Shown in pieces: positions 9,269-18,440 of a stretch of DNA of 35,302 bases. The position numbers were made by a program, and so were the translations under genes. Under the pieces are notes generated by a model. It ran no database searches, had not been told where the DNA came from, and was given only the letters and a program-made list of their open reading frames with translations. The DNA is taken from NCBI GenBank assembly GCA_043821645.1, contig JBDRCO010000090.1, positions 1 through 35,302 on the forward strand. The letters are read 5' to 3'. Within the stretch, counting starts at the first letter, position 1, and each line of letters opens with the position of its first letter. Source of the DNA: Pseudomonadota bacterium. GTDB taxonomy: Bacteria; Myxococcota; JACRCW01; JAFGSX01.

Positions 9269-10801
9269 ATGAAACGATCGTTCTCGTTTGTCGCTGTGCT
9301 GGCTCTCCTGGTTCCGGCAGCGCTGCGCGCCCAGTGCACCAAGGACACCGACTGCAAGGGCGACCGCCTCTGTGTCGATGGTAAGTGCCAGGCCGCAGAA
9401 AGGGGTGGATGCCGGGCCGACGTCGACTGCCCGGGTGAGCAGGTCTGCGAAAAGGGTCGCTGTCAGGACACCCCAGGCATCGACGGACAGTCCGCTGCAC
9501 CTGGCGACGACGACAGACCCGTGTACGATCCGGCGAAGGCTCCGACAGCATGTCAGGGACCGGGCTACCGCGTGGCCAGCATACCAGGCGCACGGAAGCT
9601 CGGGACCACCCAGCCTGCCGAGGTGTGCAGGTTCATCGTCGAGGACTCCGCAGACACCACCTTGTCGCTGACGCGAAGCGCGGCCGTGCCGTCGCTGGAG
9701 CAGGCCGTGGCTGCCCTGGGCCAGCTCGCAACGCAGGCAGGCCAGCGTCAGGGCAGTGCCATCGAGACGGACACACTGTCCGCCGAGGTGTCGGGTTTCG
9801 CCGGGCAGGGTGTGGCCCTGATAGGGAGAACGGATCCGTCGAAACCACCACGTGTCGTGCTCATGTTGCTGGTGACTGCCGGACCGGCGACCTATCTGCT
9901 GTCCGTCGACGGACCCAAGGACTCCACCGCCGCCGTGCTTGACTGGCTCAAGCTCTTCATCGCCGCGACCACCCTGGACCCCAAGGCACCCGCTCCGACC
10001 GCGCCCGCCGTGGCCAGACCTGTGCTGCGGATCCCGGCCCAGTTCGAACCGCGCCGCGTCGAGGAACTCGGCCTGCAGTGGGAGGTCTTCGCCGGGTCCC
10101 AGGTCGAGGATAGGTCTCAGGACGGAAAGACCCACCTGGCCTTTGTCCATCCCTCTCTGCCGGGTGTGGGGTTCGAGGTGGTCTACACCATGGCAGCCTT
10201 CGCACCGGCCAAGGTCGCGAGCGAGACCCTCAAGAGCCTCAAGCAGGATCTCACCGCCCAAGGCGCGACCTTCAAGGCGCGTTCCTCGTCGAGAAAGGTC
10301 GCCGGGCGCAAGGCCCACGGCTTCGTGTTCGAGAAACTGGCGCTGCCACAGCAGGAGCCCGGCTACCGCGAGACCCTGCTCGTGAATCACGGCGACCTGC
10401 TGTTCATCGCCACCGTGGTGTCTTTGGATCAGGACAAGGCGATCGCACACCGGGCGCTGGGCGCGCTGCTGGACCGCGTGCGCTTCTTTGCACCGGTGAT
10501 CAACTACAACACCCTGCTCAGGGGCCGCTATGACTACCTCGGAAACAAGGCAGACAACGAGGTGCTGACCTTTGACGGTGACGGCGGTGTCGAGCGCTAC
10601 TTTGCGGCGGCCAGTCACATGATGCCCAACGGAACGTTCTTTCAATCGAGCGGCAGAACCACCGAGGGCAGCTACAGCGTGCGGGATGGCCAGGTGACCC
10701 TGGATGTGGGGGAGTATTCCTGGACCTGCGACCTGGTCTTCGCTCAAGACCGCAGTGTTCTCAAGCTCGACTGTGGTGGTTACTGGTACATCCGGAAGTG
10801 A
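9269..10801 (+). CDS. Secreted protein with N-terminal Cys-rich modules and probable PsbP/Mog1-like domains
   Basis: Signal peptide ending ALRA|Q and two CxxDxDCxGxxxCxxGxC modules. VAGRKAHGFVF...LLFIATV...ALLDRVRF resembles a PsbP-like fold (inference). Confidence 0.75.
   Translation: MKRSFSFVAVLALLVPAALRAQCTKDTDCKGDRLCVDGKCQAAERGGCRADVDCPGEQVCEKGRCQDTPGIDGQSAAPGDDDRPVYDPAKAPTACQGPGYRVASIPGARKLGTTQPAEVCRFIVEDSADTTLSLTRSAAVPSLEQAVAALGQLATQAGQRQGSAIETDTLSAEVSGFAGQGVALIGRTDPSKPPRVVLMLLVTAGPATYLLSVDGPKDSTAAVLDWLKLFIAATTLDPKAPAPTAPAVARPVLRIPAQFEPRRVEELGLQWEVFAGSQVEDRSQDGKTHLAFVHPSLPGVGFEVVYTMAAFAPAKVASETLKSLKQDLTAQGATFKARSSSRKVAGRKAHGFVFEKLALPQQEPGYRETLLVNHGDLLFIATVVSLDQDKAIAHRALGALLDRVRFFAPVINYNTLLRGRYDYLGNKADNEVLTFDGDGGVERYFAAASHMMPNGTFFQSSGRTTEGSYSVRDGQVTLDVGEYSWTCDLVFAQDRSVLKLDCGGYWYIRK
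9326..9387 (+). repeat. Direct repeat copy 1 (encodes RAQCTKDTDCKGDRxCVDG)
   Basis: 9326-9360 is identical over 35 bp to 10897-10931. Similarity continues about 27 bp with mostly synonymous changes. Confidence 0.9.
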
Positions 10802-11168
10802 TGTTGGTGAACCTTCAGGGACAGAGGAGCGACAAGCGCGCTTTGTGGACTCCCTTCATCGTAATGGCCGTCCTGCTTGGGTGGGTGAGCACCGCCCGCG
10901 CCCAGTGCACCAAGGACACCGACTGCAAGGGTGACCGCATTTGCGTCGACGGCAGGTGTACAGCACGCACCGCGCGTTCAGGCCGCACGCGATCAACGTG
11001 CAGCGCAAGGACGCCGTGATCAAGATGCGCCAGGTCCAGAGGGTAGAGAAATTCGGGTTGATTCCCAACGGTCTCAAGGTCGTCGAGAAGGACGGCACGG
11101 TGTGGGAGTTCAGGGTCGGCGACCGCGACAAGGTGGCGGCCCTGATCAAGGACGCGGCCGGACTGTAG
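10801..11168 (+). pseudogene. Frameshifted gene: signal peptide plus Cys module, then GRAM/PH-like domain in another frame
   Basis: ATG 10801 (TGATG coupling) gives ...STARA|QCTKDTDCKGDRICVDGRC and then degenerates. The -1 frame encodes FRPHAINVQ...LIPNGLKV..KDG..WEFRVGDRDK, resembling bacterial GRAM domains. Junction near 10960-10980. Confidence 0.65.
10897..10958 (+). repeat. Direct repeat copy 2
   Basis: Matches 9326-9387. Confidence 0.9.
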
Positions 11169-11214
11169 CGACGAAGCACTGGACCCCGCCGGGCTCAGAT
11201 ATCAAGATGGGCTC

Positions 11215-13056
11215 GTGCTCGATCTGAGACAGACCGTGGCGAGACCCCCCCTGCGCCTGGGGCTCACCCTGCTCCTGTTCGCCGCCATCGCGGCGCTGTT
11301 TCCCATGGGCCACTTCGGGGGCTGGACCACCACCAGCAAGGGCCTCGACTGGGGTGTCTTCCAGCTTTACAACGAGCTGACGCGCTGGACCCTGCTCACC
11401 TACCACCAGTTCCCGTTCTGGAACCCCTATTTTTGCGGCGGCACCATGCACTGGGCCAATCCCCAGAGCAGCGTGCTTTCGCTGTGGACCCTGATCGACC
11501 TCGTCGTGGGCGCCGAGCCCGGCCTGCGGCTGCGCGTCGCGGGCATGCTCTTCATCGCCATGGCTGGCATGTACGCCTGGGCGCGTTCGCGAGGTCTGCC
11601 CTGGCTGGCGTCGACGGGGGCGGCCCTGGCCTTTGGCCTGTCGGGCTACTTCGCGGCGCGCATCGGCTGGGGCCACCAGGGGCACTTCCCCTTCGCCTAC
11701 CTGCCCCTGGTGATGCTGTGCTACGAGGCCGCCCGGGAACGCCTGTGGGCGGCGGTCGGTGTCGGAGCCGTGGTCGCGCTCATGATGTATGACGGCGGCG
11801 CCTACCCGCTGCCCATGACCGTGGTGCTGCTCGCGCTGCGGGCCATCGTCGACATGGTGCACGAGCCACGGCAGGCGCACCGCATCGTCCTGGTCGGTCT
11901 GGTGGCCGGGATCGTCGCACTGGGTCTCGCTGCACCCAAGTTGCTCCCCATGTTCGACTACCTCACCACCTACCCGCGGCAGATCAACAAGCACGATCGC
12001 ATGCTGCTGTCGCAGGTCATCGAGATGTTCCTGGGGCGCGACACCAACAAGAAGGCGCCGGGATGGATCTTCAACCGCTACGAGTACTTCAACTACCTCG
12101 GACCCATCGTGGTGAGCGCCGCCCTGTGGGGCCTGTGGCGCTCGCGGCAACAGCCCTTCCGCGACATCTACATCGTGGTCGGCCTGGTGATGTTGATCAT
12201 GATCGGCGACCACGGCACCTGGTCGCCGGCCGTGCTCATGCGCAAGCTGCCCCTGGTCTCGGGGATGCGCAACCAGAGCCGTTACACGGTGATCGTGGGC
12301 ATGTACCTGGCCCTGGTGTTTGGCTACGCCCTGGTCGCGCTGAGCGCCTGGCTGTCCACGCGACGTCCGCGCTGGCAGCACGTCCTTCCCCTGCTGCTCA
12401 TCGCAGGCTTCACCGTCGATAGCTTCACGCTCAATCGCGGACACTGGCCCCACAATGCCTTTGTCGAGCCTCCCCGGGCCCGCGAGGACAAGCCCTTCGC
12501 GTGGCGCTCCCTCGGTGACATCCGGCAGTACGAACGCATGCTGCGCAACGAGGGTTCGCAGGGCTGCTTCGAGGGATTTCACATCCCCGGCTCGCCGAAC
12601 CTCAAGCTGGACACACCCGAGTTCGCCTGGCTCGTCGATCCGTCCCTGGGGCAGGTGCAGCTGAAACGCTGGTCACCGAACCAGCACACGCTGCGGGTTC
12701 GTCTGTCGGCGGCGGGCAGGGTCCTGCTCAACCAGAACAACCTGGGTGGCTGGCACGTCGACGGTCCGGCGGATGCCCGGGTCGTCAATCAGAACGGCCT
12801 CCTGGGTGTGGATCTGCCCGCAGGGGAGCACGACGTCGTGCTGTTCTATCGACCGCGCTACTTCGGCACGGGGGTCTTGATGACCGCGGCCACCGTGCTT
12901 GGCCTGATCGCGGTCGCGGCCTGGAGTCGGCTTCGCCGTCGTCGTGCCCGGCGCCCCATGCAGGCGGACACACCCGCATCGGCGCCCGCGATAGACGTTG
13001 AGGACGACGGGTCAGGTCAAGAACGCGCCATGGGCGGAGCCGTGTCCAGCGAGTAA
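11215..13056 (+). CDS. YfhO-like polytopic membrane protein (putative GT-C glycosyltransferase)
   Basis: FPFWNPYFCGG..WANPQS motif, about 11 TM helices, and a C-terminal soluble part with N...GW...VDLPAGEHDVVLFYRP plus a final TM helix. Start codon uncertain. Confidence 0.8.
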   Translation: MLDLRQTVARPPLRLGLTLLLFAAIAALFPMGHFGGWTTTSKGLDWGVFQLYNELTRWTLLTYHQFPFWNPYFCGGTMHWANPQSSVLSLWTLIDLVVGAEPGLRLRVAGMLFIAMAGMYAWARSRGLPWLASTGAALAFGLSGYFAARIGWGHQGHFPFAYLPLVMLCYEAARERLWAAVGVGAVVALMMYDGGAYPLPMTVVLLALRAIVDMVHEPRQAHRIVLVGLVAGIVALGLAAPKLLPMFDYLTTYPRQINKHDRMLLSQVIEMFLGRDTNKKAPGWIFNRYEYFNYLGPIVVSAALWGLWRSRQQPFRDIYIVVGLVMLIMIGDHGTWSPAVLMRKLPLVSGMRNQSRYTVIVGMYLALVFGYALVALSAWLSTRRPRWQHVLPLLLIAGFTVDSFTLNRGHWPHNAFVEPPRAREDKPFAWRSLGDIRQYERMLRNEGSQGCFEGFHIPGSPNLKLDTPEFAWLVDPSLGQVQLKRWSPNQHTLRVRLSAAGRVLLNQNNLGGWHVDGPADARVVNQNGLLGVDLPAGEHDVVLFYRPRYFGTGVLMTAATVLGLIAVAAWSRLRRRRARRPMQADTPASAPAIDVEDDGSGQERAMGGAVSSE

Positions 13057-14771
13057 GCGCGCCGGGATAGTTCGTCGTCGTCAAAGCGCGGTGTGACCGC
13101 TCCCAGGTCCTGGGGGCGGAGCTCAGGGTCCACCAGCAGCCGCCGCGCCACGCGGTCGAACAGCGTCTGGTGGGCACCGAGGGTCCAGGGCCCGAAGTGG
13201 GTGCTCGAGGCTTCGTAGCCCTGCAGGGCGTACTCCTCGGGCGTGGTCACGTAGCCGGCATAGGAATTGGAATAGCCCGCGATGACGACGTCGCGCACGC
13301 CACGCTCGCGCAGGCGCTCGAGCAGGCTCTGGCGCAGGCGGTGACCGGACACGGTGGTGAACTCCGAGGGCACCGCGGCCAGGGCGAGCTCACCGATGAT
13401 CAGGATCTGCGCCGGCAGAACCTGCGGCGTCCACGGCAAGTCACCGATGCCACCGCGGGCGCCCACCTGCTTGTGGTGGGCGACGAAGGGGTCCGTGCCC
13501 GCGGGCAGCGGGAAGGGCCAGCGCAGGGGATAGGTGCCCAGAAGCTTGCCTCCCCGGCCTTTGCCCGTCGTGATGAAGGGGATCTTGTTGCCCTGGCGGT
13601 GGCCGCCATTGCCGCGGCCGAGCACCTTGTTCAGCCTATCACCGGCGCGCTGCAGGGCTCCGACACCCCTGGCTGCAGCCTCGAACCAGGGGGCCAGGCG
13701 CAGCGGCAAGCCCGGGCCCTCGTCGGTGCCGATGATCATGCGAAAGCCGATCTCGGCAGGGGCGGTGTGGCGTGCCTTGCCGCCACCGAAGCGGGGTTCG
13801 ACCTCCATGCAGGAAAAATCCCCATGCAGAAGGGCCCCGTCCAGGTTTGGCGACAGCTCCTGGGCCTTGTCCCCGTCGAGGAGTTCGCGCGCCTTGTCGA
13901 GCTGCAGGCTGGCGTTGAGACGCGCTGCCTCCACGTCGTCATCCACGGCGCCGACCATCAGGCCCCGACCCTGGTGCCAGCGAAAGTTCGGCGACACGTC
14001 GCCGCAGGCGCCCTGGGCAAAGGCGGCCACGTAATCCGCGGCTTGCTGACGCCGCCGCACATGCGTCTCCAGCATGTCCGCGGCCAGACCCTTGTTGTCC
14101 GGGTGCAGCAGGGTGTTGTCGCGGTGCACGCTGGTACAGTGCACGGCGAACCAGTTCACGCTGCCGATGGGCTGACCCTGCTCGTCGTCGAAGCGCAGCA
14201 TGACCATGGTCCGGTCCACCGCCTCGGGGGGGCGCTTGCCGGGTATCTTGGGTTGCACCTCGGGGTTGGCGTTGTAGGCGCGGATGGCCCGGTTGAAGGC
14301 CACCGGCTGGTCGACGGGAAACTCGCCCCGGCTCAGGCGCACGCGGCCGGGACGCCGTGCTGCGTCGGCTGCCACGATGGCCTCGACCATGCCGTCCACG
14401 ATCTTGTCGAACACCGGGCGCGAGAAGCCGAAGGAGTTGGTGTTGTAGAACACGTGGTGCGAGGTGCCGCCCGGCCCGCTGTGGGTGTGCGTGGCGCTGA
14501 GCATCACCGTATTCTCGTCGAGACCCAGGTGCCCGTGCCACTTCGTCAGCGCGTCGAGCACGGCCTGGCGCACGCCCTGCGGGACGAAGCACATGTCCGC
14601 CACCACCAGCGCCAGACGTCTGTTCTGCTCGGGGTCGCGCAGCACGAAGGCCCGTGCGTGCAGGGGCATGGCCACACCGGTGGCCCGGTTTTCAGGAAAT
14701 CCCCAGCCCATCATGCCCAGGCCAGGTTCGAACGCCGTGATGTCGACCTTGGCCACGCCTATCTCGATCAT
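13017..14771 (-). CDS. Neutral/alkaline non-lysosomal ceramidase (N-terminal catalytic domain)
   Basis: GGAGGT SD and ATG 14771. Motifs ATHTHSGPGG, FNR, NWFAVHCTS, DNKG, GDVSPN, EFTT, NSYAGYVTTPEEY..QGYE..ST.FGP. Confidence 0.92.
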   Translation of the reverse strand: MIEIGVAKVDITAFEPGLGMMGWGFPENRATGVAMPLHARAFVLRDPEQNRRLALVVADMCFVPQGVRQAVLDALTKWHGHLGLDENTVMLSATHTHSGPGGTSHHVFYNTNSFGFSRPVFDKIVDGMVEAIVAADAARRPGRVRLSRGEFPVDQPVAFNRAIRAYNANPEVQPKIPGKRPPEAVDRTMVMLRFDDEQGQPIGSVNWFAVHCTSVHRDNTLLHPDNKGLAADMLETHVRRRQQAADYVAAFAQGACGDVSPNFRWHQGRGLMVGAVDDDVEAARLNASLQLDKARELLDGDKAQELSPNLDGALLHGDFSCMEVEPRFGGGKARHTAPAEIGFRMIIGTDEGPGLPLRLAPWFEAAARGVGALQRAGDRLNKVLGRGNGGHRQGNKIPFITTGKGRGGKLLGTYPLRWPFPLPAGTDPFVAHHKQVGARGGIGDLPWTPQVLPAQILIIGELALAAVPSEFTTVSGHRLRQSLLERLRERGVRDVVIAGYSNSYAGYVTTPEEYALQGYEASSTHFGPWTLGAHQTLFDRVARRLLVDPELRPQDLGAVTPRFDDDELSRRAYSLDTAPPMARS

Positions 14772-14832
14772 GGATGCACCTCCCCTGGTGAGCGCCCAGC
14801 ACACGGGATCGGTTGCATGCGGTCAAGGCTCA

Positions 14833-17592
14833 TCAGTTCCACACCGCCCGCACGGTGGTCTCGCCGTCGAGCGGCCGGCGCAACCTGTGGCGCGCCAGCA
14901 GGTCCTGTCCCTCCGGTGTCTGGGTGTGGAGAAGCTGCACGTCGCGGCAGCGGCGCTGTTTCCAGATCCGAAGCAAGAGCTCGGCCTGGGACTTCTGGGC
15001 CAGGGCACGTGGGACCGCGTACACGCGAGAGATGGGGTCCTGGCGTTCGAACAGCCGCAGCAACAGGTGGCGGGTGGAGGTGGTGCGCAGGCGCTCCTGG
15101 ATCAGATAGCGCGGAGTGGTCAGGGGGCCGAGCAGCTCGGCCAGGGCCTGGGTCAAGCGCGCACTGCGGTCGTCGCTGGAACCAGGCCACTGCACGCGGA
15201 CCGTGCCGTCGTCGCGACGCGTGACCTGGGGTTCTGCACCTTCACCGGTCGATTCGGGGAGGGCTGCGGCCAGCACTCCGGCCAGCGAGCGAAGGTCCAC
15301 GGACAGGACGTCGTCGTCCCCGCGCCGCCTCCTGCGCGCCTCGAGCCACACCAGGGTGAGCAGGATGGGAGCCGAGGCCAGCAGTGCGGCGGCACTCGAG
15401 ACCCACGCAAGACCCGCAGCAGAGGCCCCGGCGTAGAGCCCTGCGCCAGCCGCGAGGCTCGACAGGAAGGCCGCCGTCTCCCAGGTGTCGCGTCGCCGCT
15501 CCCGGGGCAGGGCGATCAGCGATGCCGACGCGGGAGGGGGCTGTGGCGCGGGCAGTTCTTTGCCAGGAGAAGGAGCTGGTCTGGTGCGCGCGGTAAAGGA
15601 CAGCACCTGTCGCTCACGGTCATCAAAGGGCTCGCCCACGCGCCAGGATGTGCGCGCGGCCATGCGTGCACGGGCGCGCTGGGCCATGGCCGCGTTGATC
15701 TGCGCGCGGTCGCGGTGGAGCTCCAGGACGGAGACGCGGTCGAAACCCGCATGCAAATGACCGACGCCGCGCTCGACCACACCGTCGTCGGTGAGGCCGT
15801 AGAAGTGCTGGTGTTTGTCGATCAGGCGTTCCAGGTCCGCGCCCTCACCCAGGGTGGACAGGCACAGCACGTCCCAGTTGTTGGCCACCTTGACCGGGTT
15901 CTCCGGATCGTGGCGCAGGGTGCGGCCGCGGATCTGGTTGACCGAGACGCCACTGCTGATCGCGGTGAGGTCGATCAGGGTGTTCAGGCGCTGGCAGTCC
16001 CAGCCCTCACCGAGCAGGGCTCGCGTGCCGACGAGGCAGCGGCAGACGCCTTCCTGCAGCAGTTCGGTGATCAGTTCAACATGGGCGCGCGTGTTCCAGT
16101 CCCGCCCCTCGCCACGCACCCGGACGTGCCCGGCCTCGGCTTGCGCCTCGATGTGAACCGTCCAGCCGCGAGCCGCACAGGCCCGGGAAAAGTGCTCCTC
16201 GAAGCGCGGCCACAGATCGTCGTCGACCAGCACGCTGCGCCCGGTGAGCAGGATGGGATCCAGCGCGTCCAGCTCGGGGTCCGCGGTGAGCAGGCGCATG
16301 GCGTCGACGCAGGACAGCCCGCCCCTGTCCTCGGGTGGAAACTCATGATCCGTGAGCACCAGCACGCGCAAGTCAGGCCCAAGGGCTTCCTGCTCCAGGC
16401 GCAGGATAGCGGCCATGGCGTCGAGCTTCATGCGCGAGAACAGAACGCGCCGGGACACCTTGCCGGGTCGGCGCTGCACCCGTCCCTCGCTCACCGCCAG
16501 GCCCCAGCCGGCCAGGATCTCACGCGCCTCGCGCCCCAGCCTGTCGTCGGGGTGGTCACCCAGGAGGTGGCGCGCGCAGTAGCACGCGGCCAGCTGCAGG
16601 CGGTCGAGCAGGGTGGGGGATTCGTAGAACTCTGGTGCGTAGGGGAGATCCACACAAGGTTCGCGCCCTCCCTCGAAGCGCTGGCGGCACCAGGCCGTGA
16701 CCAGCGCTGGCTCCGCTGCATACAGCTCGCTCAGGTCTGTCACGGTCTCACCGTCGACACGCCGCGGCTCCAGCTCCAGCCCGTCGCACCACACATCCAG
16801 CGAGAAGCGGCCCTCCGCCGGTTGGCGCAGGCGCCGGTACAGCTCCTCGAAGCGGCCGAGGTCGCCACGCAGATCCTGCTCCTCGTCGGCCGAGGGAGCC
16901 ACGATCCAGCACAGGTCCTGAAACGGAGCCAGGTCTCCGTGGCGCACCACCGAGGGCAGGGAGATGGCGTGGTCGGGCTTCTGCAGCAGCCTGGCCAGCG
17001 GTCCGTGGTCCTGCTCCACCGGGGTCGCGGTGAGGCCGATGACAAAGGGATCCTCCAGCGCCTGGCACAGCTCGACGCAAGCCTGTCCCCACTCCGCGGA
17101 CAGGTGGTGGCACTCGTCGAGGATCACGGTGCGCACGCCAGCCTGGCGCAGCCGTCTGTGGAGCTCGTGGACATTGCCGTGGCGCTCGCTGTCCTCGCCG
17201 CGCACCGCCAGACGCTGGTAGGTCAGGGCTATCAAGGTCTGGAGAGGCCCGGTGGGCTCGGAGGAGCAGGGCGGGGTGGGGGCCCGTTTCTCGACCTCGG
17301 TGTCGACGCAAACCCAGTGCTGGGTCAGGCGGCTCAGCCACTGCTGCTGGATGGCTGCATTGGGCGACACGCACACGGCAGGCTCTCCCAGGCGCTGGGC
17401 CATGAGCAAACCGAGCAAGGTCTTGCCCGAGCCAGGCGGTGCCACCAGGTAAAAGCTCCGCTGCCCGGCGCGCGTCCGGGAATCGAACAGGTCCAGTGTC
17501 CGCTGCTGGTACCCGCGCAGGGTCAGCCCCGCCTCGTAGGCCTGCCACGGCGTGGCCGTCGACGCAGGCTCGGACCGGGGCTGGCTGGTCAT
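14833..17592 (-). CDS. SF2 DExH-box helicase (ResIII-like N-terminus) with C-terminal TM hairpin
   Basis: LRGYQ Q-motif, APPGSGKT, LDECHH, GLTATP, LLGEGWD, QIRGRTLR. Hydrophobic hairpin at about 15345-15475. ATG 17592 chosen as start. Confidence 0.9.
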   Translation of the reverse strand: MTSQPRSEPASTATPWQAYEAGLTLRGYQQRTLDLFDSRTRAGQRSFYLVAPPGSGKTLLGLLMAQRLGEPAVCVSPNAAIQQQWLSRLTQHWVCVDTEVEKRAPTPPCSSEPTGPLQTLIALTYQRLAVRGEDSERHGNVHELHRRLRQAGVRTVILDECHHLSAEWGQACVELCQALEDPFVIGLTATPVEQDHGPLARLLQKPDHAISLPSVVRHGDLAPFQDLCWIVAPSADEEQDLRGDLGRFEELYRRLRQPAEGRFSLDVWCDGLELEPRRVDGETVTDLSELYAAEPALVTAWCRQRFEGGREPCVDLPYAPEFYESPTLLDRLQLAACYCARHLLGDHPDDRLGREAREILAGWGLAVSEGRVQRRPGKVSRRVLFSRMKLDAMAAILRLEQEALGPDLRVLVLTDHEFPPEDRGGLSCVDAMRLLTADPELDALDPILLTGRSVLVDDDLWPRFEEHFSRACAARGWTVHIEAQAEAGHVRVRGEGRDWNTRAHVELITELLQEGVCRCLVGTRALLGEGWDCQRLNTLIDLTAISSGVSVNQIRGRTLRHDPENPVKVANNWDVLCLSTLGEGADLERLIDKHQHFYGLTDDGVVERGVGHLHAGFDRVSVLELHRDRAQINAAMAQRARARMAARTSWRVGEPFDDRERQVLSFTARTRPAPSPGKELPAPQPPPASASLIALPRERRRDTWETAAFLSSLAAGAGLYAGASAAGLAWVSSAAALLASAPILLTLVWLEARRRRRGDDDVLSVDLRSLAGVLAAALPESTGEGAEPQVTRRDDGTVRVQWPGSSDDRSARLTQALAELLGPLTTPRYLIQERLRTTSTRHLLLRLFERQDPISRVYAVPRALAQKSQAELLLRIWKQRRCRDVQLLHTQTPEGQDLLARHRLRRPLDGETTVRAVWN

Positions 17593-17620
17593 CGCAATTC
17601 CGTCCAGGCACAATGGTGGC

Positions 17621-18379
17621 GTGACGCGGTACCCGAAACGCAAGCCTACCCCTGGCCCGGGCCACGCCGCGAGCCGCGTTCGCACCCGGGTGGCGCGCCG
17701 GCCGCGGGTCGAGCGCATCGATGACGCCGATGCGGCTCGCGATCGCGTGGCCAGCGCCATCCTGGCCGGCCTGCTGCACGTGCCCCTGGGCGTGGAGCTG
17801 GACCTCGACGCCATCGACCTCGAGCCCGGACGCGACGGCGAGCTGCAGGGCTGGCTCGACGGCTACTGCGACCTGCTGGAGTTGCCCGGTGGCGCTCCCG
17901 CACGCACCCTGCAGGCGAGGTCGCGCCGTGCTCGCAGCGCTGCCGATGAATCCGGGCCTTCCCCTCCCGTCGACGAGGCCAGGGTCCACACGCTGCTCGA
18001 GCGAACGGGCCGCAACCCCTACCTGTGGCACCTGCGCCTGCTCACCCGCCACGCTCGCAGCTTCGCGGGACCCGCCCTGGTCGAGGCTGCCCTGCGCCAC
18101 GCCATGCGCGAGCTGCCGGACCCCGTGCCGCGACGTCGTCGGGTCGAGCACCAGTTGCACCGGCTGTGGCTCCAGCGCGATTCTGACGAGGAGGCCTGCG
18201 TGTATCTGGGCTGGAGAGGGCCATGGCGAGGGACCTGGCAGGTCGGGGTCTGGAACGGCCAGGGCCAGCTGCTGATGACGGTCAGCGCCCACAGACCATC
18301 CCGTCGGGTGCGCGGCCTGCTGGCGAGTTCCCGCTCGGGTCCCGGGCTACCTGCACCGCGCTCTCACGACGAGGAATGA
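17621..18379 (+). CDS. Hypothetical protein
   Basis: Fills the gap between two - strand genes with plausible composition. GTG 17621 follows GGCACAAT-N6. No family recognised. Confidence 0.6.
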   Translation: MTRYPKRKPTPGPGHAASRVRTRVARRPRVERIDDADAARDRVASAILAGLLHVPLGVELDLDAIDLEPGRDGELQGWLDGYCDLLELPGGAPARTLQARSRRARSAADESGPSPPVDEARVHTLLERTGRNPYLWHLRLLTRHARSFAGPALVEAALRHAMRELPDPVPRRRRVEHQLHRLWLQRDSDEEACVYLGWRGPWRGTWQVGVWNGQGQLLMTVSAHRPSRRVRGLLASSRSGPGLPAPRSHDEE

Positions 18380-18440
18380 ACTCCGCTCCCGAGCGTCGGC
18401 GGGCCTTGGCACGACCTCCACCCGTCGTCACGGCGCCAGG

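Noticed and set aside
9326..10931. 35-bp direct repeat as att sites or a target-site duplication
   Set aside because: No integrase or transposase. Both copies are in-frame coding modules, with mostly synonymous divergence beyond the identical core.
14833..17592. Type I/III restriction subunit
   Set aside because: No adjacent methyltransferase or specificity gene and no evident PD-(D/E)xK nuclease motif.
14464..17724. 1086-aa + strand ORF, and other long antisense ORFs (13170-15224, 11146-12582, 23372-25009, 28285-30471, 31832-34243)
   Set aside because: They lie opposite well-supported genes, have no recognisable motifs, and are expected shadows of GC-rich codon bias.
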